From Chrysemys picta bellii (taxonomy: Eukaryota): a stretch of DNA of 64,000 bases. The stretch spans positions 275,652,001-275,716,000 of the forward strand of contig NC_088791.1 of NCBI RefSeq assembly GCF_011386835.1, in the 5' to 3' direction. The notes below the pieces were generated by a model. It did no database searches, was not told the DNA's origin, and saw nothing but the letters and a program-made list of their open reading frames with translations. The translations under genes and the position numbers were made by a program. Below are positions 12,460 through 22,575 of the stretch, piece after piece (positions within the stretch are counted from its first letter, which is position 1; the number at the start of each line of letters is the position of its first letter).

Positions 12460-13706
12460 TGCCTGGCCAAATGCATCACATAAATACACATTACTGGGAA
12501 TCATTGTCAAAATGCTCCTTCAAAGCTTCCCTAATTCGAATAGCCCCACGCGGTGCCCCTCTAATTGCCTGGTATCTGGTTGCTCAAAATCAGCAGCCAG
12601 ATGATCTACTTCAGCGCTCCGCCACTGGGGAAGCTTTCCCCCCTTCACTTCACAAATGTTATGCAGAGCACAGCAGGCTGCAATGTCCATCGGAATATTT
12701 TCCTCATTGAGGTCTAACCTGCCAAAAAGGCAGCACCAGTGCCCTTTTAATCTGCCAAAGGCACATTTAATGGTCATTTGACACGTGCAGAGCCTGTTGT
12801 TGAAGTGCTCATTGCTGCTATCTAGGTTCCCAGTGTAAGGCTTCATGAGCCATGGGAACAAAGGGTAGGTGAGGTCTCTCAGGATCACTATGGGCATTTC
12901 CACATCCCCCATTTGAATCTTCTGGTCTGGAAAAAAAAGTTCCAGCATGTAGCTTTTTATACTGTCCAGTGTTCCTAAAGATGCATTCATCATGCACTTT
13001 CCCTGACCATCCCACATAGATGTCAGTGAAATGGCCCCAGTGATCCACCAACACCTGCAAGACCATGGAGAAGTAGCCCTTCCACTTGATGTACTCCATC
13101 GCAAGATAGTCCGAGGCCAAAATTGGGATACGTGATCCATCTATCGGCCTGCTGCAATTAAGGAATCTCATTGCCTCAAAGCCATCCAGTATTTTCTGCA
13201 CATTACCGAGAGTCACAGTTATTTATAGCAGGATGTGATTAATGGCCCTGCACACTTGCATCACCACAGCCCCTACAGTGGACTTTCCAACTCCAAACTG
13301 ATTAGCAACTGACTGGTAGCAGTCTGGAGTTGCCGGCTTCCACACAGCCATGCCCACTCGCTTTTACACAGTGAGGGCAGCTCTCATTCTGGTGTCCTTG
13401 AACACAGTTCCAGGAAGATGGATTTATGCATCTGAAAGTTCTGCAGCCAATTCTCATCACATACATGCATCACAATGTGATCCCACCACTCAGTGCTTCT
13501 TTCCTGAGCCCAGTGTTACCAGTCCACCATGTGCAGCTACCCTTTGAATGCCATCAGCAATAATGAATTATTTCTTTCCATGGAACACAGCAGGGCAGGC
13601 ACCACCAATTTACTTTGTGATTCACAGCTCATGAAATACTGCAGGACCAGATGCATTGTATTCTTAACGCTCATCACCAGACTGGTCAGCAGTTCAGGAT
13701 CCATGC
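12460..13706 (-). pseudogene. Harbinger DDE transposase, frameshifted
   Basis: Motifs IDGSRIPI, YFSMVLQVLVDH.G.FTDIYVGWSGKVHD, ILRDLTYPL..WLMKPY, FNNRL...IKCAFGRLKG.W, ACCALHNICE spread over several frames. Confidence 0.92.
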
Positions 13707-14060
13707 TTTGAGGCAGAGATGGTGGGTGCACAGTGAACAAGGGCTGTTGTAAAATGGTACAAAATGAAGTTGGAAGCCCATGGAATGATGGGCAGGAAAG
13801 AACTGCATATGGGACAGTAAGCATGCCCCCATGATGCACCATGATCCATTCCCAGAGCTCCCAAGAGCAGAGAATGGCAAAGAGTGGTGAGTTGCACAGT
13901 GGGATAGCTACCCATGATGAATGCTTTCTCTGTACATGCAAAACTACCAACTGTGGATGCGCTTTGCCGACATAAGAAATGTTGTGTGGATGTGCACAAC
14001 TAATGTAATTAAAGCCACTTATGATAGTAGATGTAACTTAAGTTGACTTTAGTCTGTAGT

Positions 14061-14236
14061 ATAGAATCATAGAATATCAGGGACCTCAGGAGGTCATTTA
14101 GTCCAACCCACTGCTCAAAGCAGGACTAATCCCCAGACAGATTTTTACCCCAGTTCCCTAAATGGCCCCCTCAAGGACTGATCTCACAACCCTGGGTTTA
14201 GCAGGCCAATGCTCAAACCACTGAGCTATCCCTCCC
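14061..14236 (-). mobile_element. tRNA-derived, CR1-tailed SINE (tortoise PolIII type)
   Basis: Minus strand: GGGAGGGATAGCTCAGTGGTTTGAGCA (A box), tRNA-like head, CR1 3' end with ATTCTATG-type tail. Confidence 0.9.
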
Positions 14237-14441
14237 GCCATGGCCTCAGTTTCTGTGTGATCTCTCCTCCCCTCCCCTCCCCTCCCCCCCCCCACAATAC
14301 TCAGCCAAAAAATCCTGGGTAGCTTCAGACACACCTTATGCTTATAATTATGTTAATTAAAGGGTGAGTTCACATCTCCCAGTCTCAAAGGGTTTATCTT
14401 AACCCATAACTAGGTGTCACACAGCTCATAACATTGTATAT

Positions 14442-14550
14442 CAGGGTGGCCAAACTGTGGGTCGCGAGCTGCATGTGGCTCTTTTACAGTTGAAGTGCAG
14501 AGCTCCCCCCCCCCCCCCCGCCCAGTCTCCACCTACCAGACGGGGGAACA
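14442..14550 (+). mobile_element. Single hAT MITE end (truncated)
   Basis: CAGGGTGGCCAAACT terminus with no partner TIR; directly precedes Gypsy pol. Confidence 0.7.
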
Positions 14551-14559
14551 GCGGAATAG

Positions 14560-16730
14560 TCTGAGACTTTTTGGTTAGGAATCAGCAGTTATTCTCTTGA
14601 TCCAACAAAGATATAGGTTGCACAATACTGATCCAGCCAAGATCGATATGGGGGGAAACAGACCCATTAAACATCCACCTCAACGGTTACCAGTAGCAAA
14701 AAGGGAAGAGGCACTACAGACCATCGAGAAAATGCATCAGGAGGGCATAACTGGGGCCTCACCAATTGCTCTGATTAAGAAAAAGATGGCAGAACCAGAC
14801 TCTGTGTGGACTGTAGAAAATTGAATGAAGTCACTTTAAAGGATTCTTATCCATTACCACAAATATGCGATAGCCTGGATGCTGCAGCAGGTTCAATCTG
14901 GTTTTCCACACTGGATCTTAAAAGTGGGTATTGGCAAGTGGAAGTGGATCCAAAAGACCGGGAAAAGCTGCCTTCTCAGCAGGACAAGGCTGGTGGCAAT
15001 TTAAAGTGATGGCTCTGGACTTGTGAAACACATCAGCCACATTCATGTCCTTCTCAGTGTGTCTGTATCATCTAGGTGATATCTGGTGCATGCTAAAACA
15101 TTTGAGCAGGAACTAAAACATTTACCAAGGGTCTGTGAGAAGCTGAAGGCAGCCAATTTGAAATTGAACCCAAGGAAATGTGAGATGCTTCAAAAAGAGG
15201 TAATTTATCTTGGGCACACAGTTAGTGAAGAGGGAATTTCCATTGAGAAAAAGAAAATTGAGGCTGGTCAGCTCCCCAAACACTCACATTTTAATAAGGC
15301 TCTGCTCCTATTACAGAAGGTTTATTGTTGGGTTTGCTAATATTGCGAAACCAATGCATAGGTAGAGTGAGAGGGAAACTATTTCAGTGGTCAATAGAGT
15401 GTGATTACCATTTTCAGTGTTTGAAAAATGCTCTGGTGACTGCTCCTGTCTTGGCCTATCCATATTTCAAACCCCCTTTCATATTGAACACAGATGCTAG
15501 TGCTTATGGTTTGGGGGCACTATTGACACAAGGACACAAGCAACATGAAAGGGTGGTAGTTTATTATAGCAAAAGTCTAAATCCCTGAGAGAAATTATTG
15601 CCGTATGTGAAAGGAACTCCTAGTATGGGTTAAAGGTGGCACACAAGCTGATTTTCAGTGGCACTCACACTGCCTGGATCCTGGCCACCAGTCTGGGGGG
15701 CTCTGCATTTTAATTTAATTTTAAATGAAGCTTCTTAAACATTTTAAAAACCTTATTTACTTTACATACAACAATAGTTTAGTTATATATTATAGACTTA
15801 TAGAAAGAGACCATTTAAAAACGTTAAAATGTATTACTGGCACGCGAAACCTTAAATTAGAGTGAATAAATGAAGACTCGGCACACCACTTCTGAAAGGT
15901 TGCCAATCCCTGGGTTAAATCTATAGACAGATCATGCTTCCCTGCAATTACTCTTTAGATTCAGGAATCCTGAGGGACAGCTTGCCAGGTGTTTGGAAAA
16001 ACTGCAGGTCTGGCCATGAGCATGAGAATGCTGGTTTCTTGTCCAGACAGCCTTGTGGGTGGCTAATTACAAGCACTTCCTTGAGCAGAAAACAATGAAT
16101 TAGATGCTCAAGGGGATAAGTGTCCCTCCACTCCTCTAATTCCCAGAGCCCATAGTCCTGGTCCATCCACTGAAGCAATGTGGATGAGGTGGCAGGAATG
16201 GATCCCAGATCAACTGAAAACCAAAGAGAGGATCCTGATAGCAGGAGTGTGTGTGACTGGAAAATCAGTCAACAAATGCAGCCACCCTGGAATATAGTGT
16301 CCCCTCACAACACCCCAGTAAAAGCTTTCTGGTCACTGTGGGAAAACTTGGACTTCACAGATGAAATATTATATAGGAGATGGGAGAAACCAGTTACCAG
16401 ATACATTGAAAAAGGAGGTACCGAGGTGATGTCATGCTCTTAAAACTACTGAACACTTCTGGGGTTGTAGAAGCCTAAGCTAAGCGAAGGGAGAATTTCT
16501 ATTGGGTAAAACACAATCAGGATGTAGAAAAGTGGTGCAGGAAATGTGATACTTGCGTTGCTAAGAAGCCCTCCCTTCCCCCCACCCCAAAAAAAAAAAA
16601 TTGAGAGAGGCCCTTTGCTGCAGTATTTTGTGGGGGCACCAGTGGAGCACATTTCCAGTGATGTTCTTGCCCATTTCCTGAAACAGAGGCTGGCAATCAA
16701 TATTTGATTCAGCCACCAAATTCCACAGCA
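14560..16730 (+). pseudogene. Ty3/Gypsy pol remnant (RT, RNase H, integrase)
   Basis: PIKHPPQRLP, DCRKLNEVTLKDSYPLP, FSTLDLKSGYWQV, LKLNPRKC, APVLAYP...FILNTDASAYGLGALL, VVVYYSKSL, FYWVKHNQDVEKWCRKCDTC. Many frameshifts. Confidence 0.93.
15632..15912 (+). mobile_element. hAT MITE with left end deleted, inserted in pol
   Basis: Right TIR GGTTGCCAATCCCTG; ggttaaa on both flanks; left TIR absent. Confidence 0.85.
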
Positions 16731-17119
16731 ACAATAGTCACTCCTCAGAGGCTGTTTGAAAAGAAATCCACAGCGAGAAAGCCAGAGATTTAGATAGGAA
16801 TAAAATTCATTTTGGGTTAGTGATTGTGACAGAATGTACCCCTGTGTCCATACCCGATTGTAATAATCTTTTATAAGGTATGTCTTCTTGCAAGGTATCA
16901 TCTGAAAAGTCATAATTTGCTGGTCAATATTCTGATAAAACGTGTGGCAACATTGTATGTGAAGTTATAACATTCCACTGTATGCTGTTCTTAACACATG
17001 TTCCAAACTGAGGCAAACAGGTCTGTCTCAAAGAAAGAAATGTGTGCTCTTCTTAATTTGCATTTAAGCAGTAATCAGAGTCATCAAGCAGGAAGGGAAG
17101 CTGAAGAACCTCCAACAGG

Positions 17120-17276
17120 CAGGGCCGCCCAGAGGGGGGGGGGGGGGGGCAAGTGGGGCAATTTGCCCCACGCCCCCACGAGAATATAGTATTCTATAGT
17201 ATTGCAACTTTTTTTTATGGAAGGGGCCCCCAAAATTGCTCTGCCCCAGACCCCCTGAATCCTCTGGGTGGCCCTG
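17120..17276 (-). mobile_element. hAT MITE (CAGGGCCGCCC family)
   Basis: Perfect 8-bp TSD ccaacagg; reverse orientation relative to the 6495 copy. Confidence 0.93.
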
Positions 17277-17321
17277 CCAACAGGTGAGGAAAAGCAGCAG
17301 GGGGCATCCTTTCCTGTAGAC

Positions 17322-17657
17322 CAGGGATCGGCAACCTTTGGCACACGGCCTGCCGGGGTAAGCACCCTGGCGGGCCAGGCTGGTTTATTTACCTGCCGCG
17401 TCTGCAGGTTCGGCCGATCGTGGCTCCCACTGGCTGCAATTCGCCACTCCAGACCAATGGGGGTTGTGGGAAGTGGCGGCCAGCACATCCCTCAGCCCGC
17501 ACCACTTCCCGCAGCCCCCATTGGCCTGGGCTGGCGAACCGCGGCCAATAGGAGCCGCGATTGGCCAAAACCTGCGGATGCAGCCAGTAAACAAACTGAC
17601 CCGGCCCGCCAGGGGGCTTACCCTGGTGGGCCGCGTGCCGAAGGTTGCCAAACCCTG
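17322..17657. mobile_element. hAT MITE (CAGGGATCGGCAACC family, quasi-palindromic)
   Basis: TIRs and perfect TSD ctgtagac. Homologues at 46627 and 52479. Confidence 0.93.
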
Positions 17658-18570
17658 CTGTAGACTTTCTATCTCCCGAATCTCAGCTGGAAATGTTTTC
17701 TGGGTTGGGGGGAGAGGGGGAACGGGACACTGACCCTACAAAAAGGGAGACAAACACGCCAAGACACCTTTCCTCTTCTCTCACTTTCTGTCCATCAGTT
17801 CACTGCATGTGAAGGGATAAAGGAAGCAGCCGCTTAACAGAAGAAAGGGTCCTGACCAAAGAAATTTGGCCAGTAAGACTATGGAGAGCATGTGGTGAGG
17901 AAAACTTTGCTTTGAGTTCCACATAGTTTGTTAAGTTAGAAATTAGTTGCATTTTATCTTTTTTTCCCCCTTGTAACCATTTCTGACTTTTACACTTTAT
18001 TACTTGTATTCTCTATCTCTTTGTGGTTAATTTTATTGTTTTATCTAATCCAGTGTGTTTAAACTGAAGTGTTTAGGAAACTCCATTGGGGATAGCAAAA
18101 TGTGTGCATACCTTTTCCACTGATGAAATAGCAGACCTATTTAAATGTGTATTGTCCAGGAGAGGGCTGGGCAGTACAGGACATACATTTTGGGGGGGGG
18201 GGGGGGGAGAGGAGGGGTAAATCTGGGCTTGGTGTTGGGGCTACCCTGCAGTATAATTCAGCCTGGAAAGAGCCTTGGTTTGGCTGGCTGGCTGGCTGAA
18301 GCATGCACACAGACATAAGTGGGAGTGACGTACATGTGTTTGTGAGCAATCCAGGCTGGAAGCTACAGCAGCAAAGCAGTGTAATTGGCACCCCAGGTTG
18401 GAGGACAGGGGTGACACACCTGCTCAGTCTGGATTGTACCCTGGGTATGTCACAATGATGTGAAAACATCTTGACAGAAAGCCACTGTATATATGTGAAC
18501 AGTAAATCTTGTATCATTTTAAATTTGTTAAATTATTTCTTTTCTTTCTGTTTTGGGATGGGTTGTTGCG

Positions 18571-19155
18571 TGTAACAATTTTAGGCCTTATCGGGATGCT
18601 GAGCAAAGCAGAGATGGGGGTGGTATTTTGAGCTGGGCAAAACCTAGTTATGGGTTGAGTTAGAACTCCATTGAGATTGATAGGTGTGCACTCCCCCTTC
18701 AATTAATATCACTGGAAGCTTAAACCCCCACCTCAGACAAAAGGTGTGTGAGTGAACCTTCCCAGTAACTTTTGGCTGAGTATTGTTTTGGGTATGTGTG
18801 AGTGGGGTTGGGTAACAGGGAAGACAGTTCACACAGAAATTGAGAACAAACAAGAACAGAGAGAAAAGGAGAAACAAGAAAGTCAAGCAGGAGCCTGGAA
18901 GCACAGTGTGACCCTGGAAAAAGCTAGAGAGCAAGCGCTTTAGGATCTGGCGTTGGCTAAAGAGGCTTTGAGGATGAAACTGCTCCTTTTCTTCTTGGCT
19001 CCTTCTGTGTTCAGAGACACAGGACTTCATAAATTCCTTGTACATAAATAAGATTGCATCCAAGAAAATACCAGACTCCATCAACTACTATTTCCATCTG
19101 GAACATCCCCAGGGCCTTGAACTTGACTAGCCGGTTGGGTCAAAAAGGGGCAATG
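18571..19155 (+). mobile_element. Gypsy LTR downstream of pol (3' LTR-like)
   Basis: Starts TGTAACA; homologous to the inverted LTR at 11199-14421; ATAAATAA signal near 19041. Confidence 0.8.
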
Positions 19156-20640
19156 ATAACACAATAAATTATAAGCCCTAAGGGTTTAACTGGGATATGT
19201 AGCTCTTGTGTTAGCTCCCTGTACAGGCATGACTGTCACTCTGATTCTATTTTTAGCTCTTATGCAAACATCACAGCTAATACTTTCCTTCTCCAAGCTC
19301 CTCAAACCAATTTTTTTGCTGACAACCTGAAGCCCTAATTTGCAGTGCCAGCAAAGTAAAATAGTTGATAGCAAGAATTCTAGCCAGCCATTACCCTTAG
19401 ATATAATGAAGTTAGTTAATAACTTTTTAAGGGGTGAGACAGGAAGGCTGCATGAATCACATTTTTTAATGATCTACCCTGCCCCTGATTAATACCAGAG
19501 GTGCTTCGTTAAGTATGCATAGATGTACTGTACTTTGTGTGAACTAGGAAAAGGAATGTCAAATTCTTGCGTGTGTATTTCCAAAAGCCCGTTTCACTGT
19601 TCTCCCCCGGAAGGGATAAGCTAAGATGTCTGACTTTCAGTCCCCTTTAAAGTGATGCATTACGGAAGTCAGAACCAACCTTGACAGAACACAGAGGTTT
19701 GTTATCACTGAGCTGCATGCTCAGGGAGTCAGGACTGCTCGGTGAGGCTATATTCACATTAAATTGCTTTTTTTCTTTAAAAAGCTGGCTAGAAGTGTCA
19801 CAGAGTGAAACAAAAAGTGCCATTCAAGGAATACAAATCCTAAATGAAACTCAGATTTAGCCAGATATCCAAAAATATCAGATAATGAACAAAAGATCAA
19901 AAAACTTCCTGAACAGAGTTCAGAATTCTTTGGCAGTCCTGTTATTCTGGGGCCACTGATGTAACAAATGAACAGAAATCAATGCTAAAGCCTATACCAG
20001 TGAGTTCTTTGAGCCTGTGGACCGAATGGTCTATTGCTGACAGGTTTTCTGCAAATCCGTTGGGGTCTCAGCTGCAAATCCACAGGGCCATGGTGTGCAA
20101 ATTAGCTATTCAGGCTATACTGGCAAAGACAGAGAAAGCAATGTGCAATCTGTTATCCTGTCTAAATATCTGTGGCATAAACAATCACTTTATAATGATT
20201 ACAGTTATTTGATCCTGCAATTTAATTGTGTTATAAAACCCTATTTATTATGTAGCTGCATGGTTTATAAGAGCCGCACTACAAAAGACTTGGCATGGTT
20301 GGAGCCTATATGTTTGTCAGTAATTTGCAAGGCATGCCTATTAAATACTAATTTTGAAAGAGTGTGAAAAGTCTGTCAGGAAAAAGTATGCTTTGTTATA
20401 CATAAACCAATCCAGCAAAATTAGCAGTATGAGGGCTTTTTAGGAAAACACTCCAGTGAAGAATTCACCACCCTATGCTGAGAGCTGCAGAGGCTGAGGG
20501 AAACAAAGAAAAGATAGAAATGTACATCCTAATCTAATGCAGTTTAGGAAACTACTATGCTGTCAATTTACTGAGCTGTAGATGTAGAAACAGAATGGAG
20601 CCTTTCAATTCTGCTGCCTTCTCCCTGGGGTTAGAGACTG

Positions 20641-20654
20641 GTTGCCATGGATAT
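20641..20654. promoter_or_regulatory. RFX X-box-like palindromic motif
   Basis: GTTGCCATGGATAT is close to the RFX consensus GTTGCCATGG(C/A)(A/T)AC. Motif match only. Confidence 0.25.
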
Positions 20655-21094
20655 CCTGGATTCCTGCAGCTAATGGGAGGGAATTCTGTAGCTGTGGTAT
20701 CCTGGGGACTGTCTAGGGTGAAACATGAAATGGAGGCCTATGGGTGTGGTGGTGCAGTACTCCAAAACAGAAGGTCAGAGGGTTGGCTTCCAACAGCGTT
20801 AAAGCTGAATTTTATTTCAAGTCACATTCATTTGGCACTTTCTGTATTCCTGAAAATCAGACCTTTTTGTACTTCCCCTACTGTGCAACAGAATCATCAT
20901 TGCCTTTAAATGGTTACTATCACAGCACTAACTATTGTACATAATTAGATGTGCACCAATGGTTCGCAGGATTTTTTTAACCATACCTTCAAGCGTTTAA
21001 AAAAATAATAATAATTTAAACTAGGTTTGGTTTTAAAACTGGTGATTCCAAAACATGAAGCAGCAACAAAGCCTGCATTTACAATACAGGTGTG

Positions 21095-21096
<2 letters not shown>

Positions 21097-21138
<42 letters not shown>
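21097..21138. repeat. (GT)21 microsatellite
   Basis: Direct reading. Confidence 0.95.
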
Positions 21139-21141
<3 letters not shown>

Positions 21142-22358
21142 CGAGAGAGAAAGGAGATGGGATGTACTAGAGATTTGTTTTTCATTTTTAAAATACTAGA
21201 ACCTGATCCCGCAACTCTTACTCCTGTGGGAAATCCTTGCACATGAGAGCAGTGCCACTGACTTCAGTGGAACGTACTTGTGTATATAAGGATAACTCAT
21301 GTGAGTAAAAATGTCAGGATCAGGCCCTTACACTGTGTCTGTTTGTTTCTTACTCTGCTTCTCACACACCGCACCCCTAAACCTCTTCCATTTTTCTGCC
21401 TTTTAAAAAATGAACCATGCTCATGTTTATGGGAAAACAAATAATAACCCTCTGTTTTGCTGGAATGGTAGGATGAAGTAAAGGAATGATATTTGGCTAT
21501 GGTATTAAATACTGATGTGCTGCTGAATGAATTTAAACCCTGCCCTTCATAGTTCTCTATTTGCTAGGGTCCTCTGCTGCTGTAGCAATTAAATTCAGAT
21601 TCCCCTCTGCCTTCGCTGCATTGCTATACAGCATGATGAATTACACTGCGGGTTAACTGAAGCTGCTCACTGATTTCTGTCTCAGTCTAATATATATACA
21701 GGAACCGGTAATACTGTCAGCTCATAACTGTGTCCTGGTTTTAAGGTGTCATGTATTCTCTGCCTAGCACTCAGCATGGGATGATAAGATGAGGGCTGTG
21801 GAGGTAGGACTGGCCTCAGTTGACTTGTGAGTCATGGGAGTGTGTCTGAGAGCGGTGCAGTGATGACAAACCAGTCTCACTGAGGACAGAGGGCTCTTTT
21901 TTATTTTTTTAAAACATCATTATCTCTTTATTAAATTTTCATAGAAATACATAAAAGATTTTTTATCCCCCATAGTGTGCTCATCTCTCTACAAAACATG
22001 TAAGAAGGCAACATTCCTGCTCCTAGAGGCTTATAAACTAAGGCTCCGGTCCTTCACTTATGCACCTGCTTAACTTTATGCATCTGAGTAGTCACTGCGT
22101 CACTATGTAACTGAAGTCACGCATTTGCAGGATTGGGGCGTAATGGTTCAATCCTGCAGAAAATTGCCCCCAGACAATCCCAATAGATCAATGCAAGTAT
22201 TCAGGAATAAGGACTACTTTGGGGATAAGGATTTTTAGGATGGGCCCATAAATAAAATTCATTACACCACAAACACATAAAATATAGCAGATGAGAGAAT
22301 GAAGGGCTATGGGTTTTGTTTAATTTTTGTTTTCTACAGTGTTAGTAGCTATGAATAT

Positions 22359-22575
22359 CAGAGGGGTAGCCGTGTTAGTCTGAATCTGTAAAAAGCAACA
22401 GAGGGTCCTGTGGCACCTTTAAGACTAACAGAAGTATTGGGAGCATAAGCTTTCGTGGGTAAGAACCTCACTTCTGACTTGCATCTGAAGAAGTGAGGTT
22501 CTTACCCACGAAAGCTTATGCTCCCAATACTTCTGTTAGTCTTAAAGGTGCCACAGGACCCTCTGTTGCTTTTTA
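22359..22575. mobile_element. Penelope-like element terminal fragment in inverted (hairpin) arrangement
   Basis: Same terminal module as 60240-60390 (GTTAGTCT..AAGGTGCCA..GGAC). Flanks tagtagctatg/tagtggctatg resemble a TSD. Confidence 0.88.
22481..22521 (+). ncRNA. Minimal hammerhead ribozyme motif of a Penelope pLTR
   Basis: GCAT-CTGAAGA-stem II (GTGAGG...CCCAC)-GAAA-GC-TTA-TGC matches the minimal type I HHR architecture known from PLEs. Activity untested. Confidence 0.7.

Larger units (their letters stand above)
11520..14245. mobile_element. PIF/Harbinger DNA transposon (decayed, two-ORF)
   Basis: Left TIR GGCCTTGTCTACA; right TIR TGTAGTATAGA...CCATGGCC split by a SINE. 3-bp TSD TCA/TCA; the host LTR reads through. 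Confidence 0.92.
11199..14421 (-). mobile_element. Gypsy LTR (upstream of gag), split by the Harbinger insertion
   Basis: 11199-11519 plus 14246-14421 is the reverse-complement homologue of the LTR at 18571-19155 (shared aaattccttgta...gaaaataccaga...gggtcaaaaagggg and cctagttatgggtt). Confidence 0.85.
16825..18454 (+). mobile_element. ERV-like solo LTR carrying two MITEs
   Basis: TGTGACA ... TGTCACA, 5-bp flanks gtgat/atgat. Related to 48256-48460 and (reverse) 58324-60527. Confidence 0.85.

Noticed and set aside
12460-13706. HARBI1 host gene
   Set aside because: Multiple frameshifts, and bounded by TIRs and a TSD; it is a dead transposon copy.
22389-22575. miRNA precursor
   Set aside because: The perfect 87-bp stem is fully explained by inverted Penelope termini and has no miRNA-like bulges.
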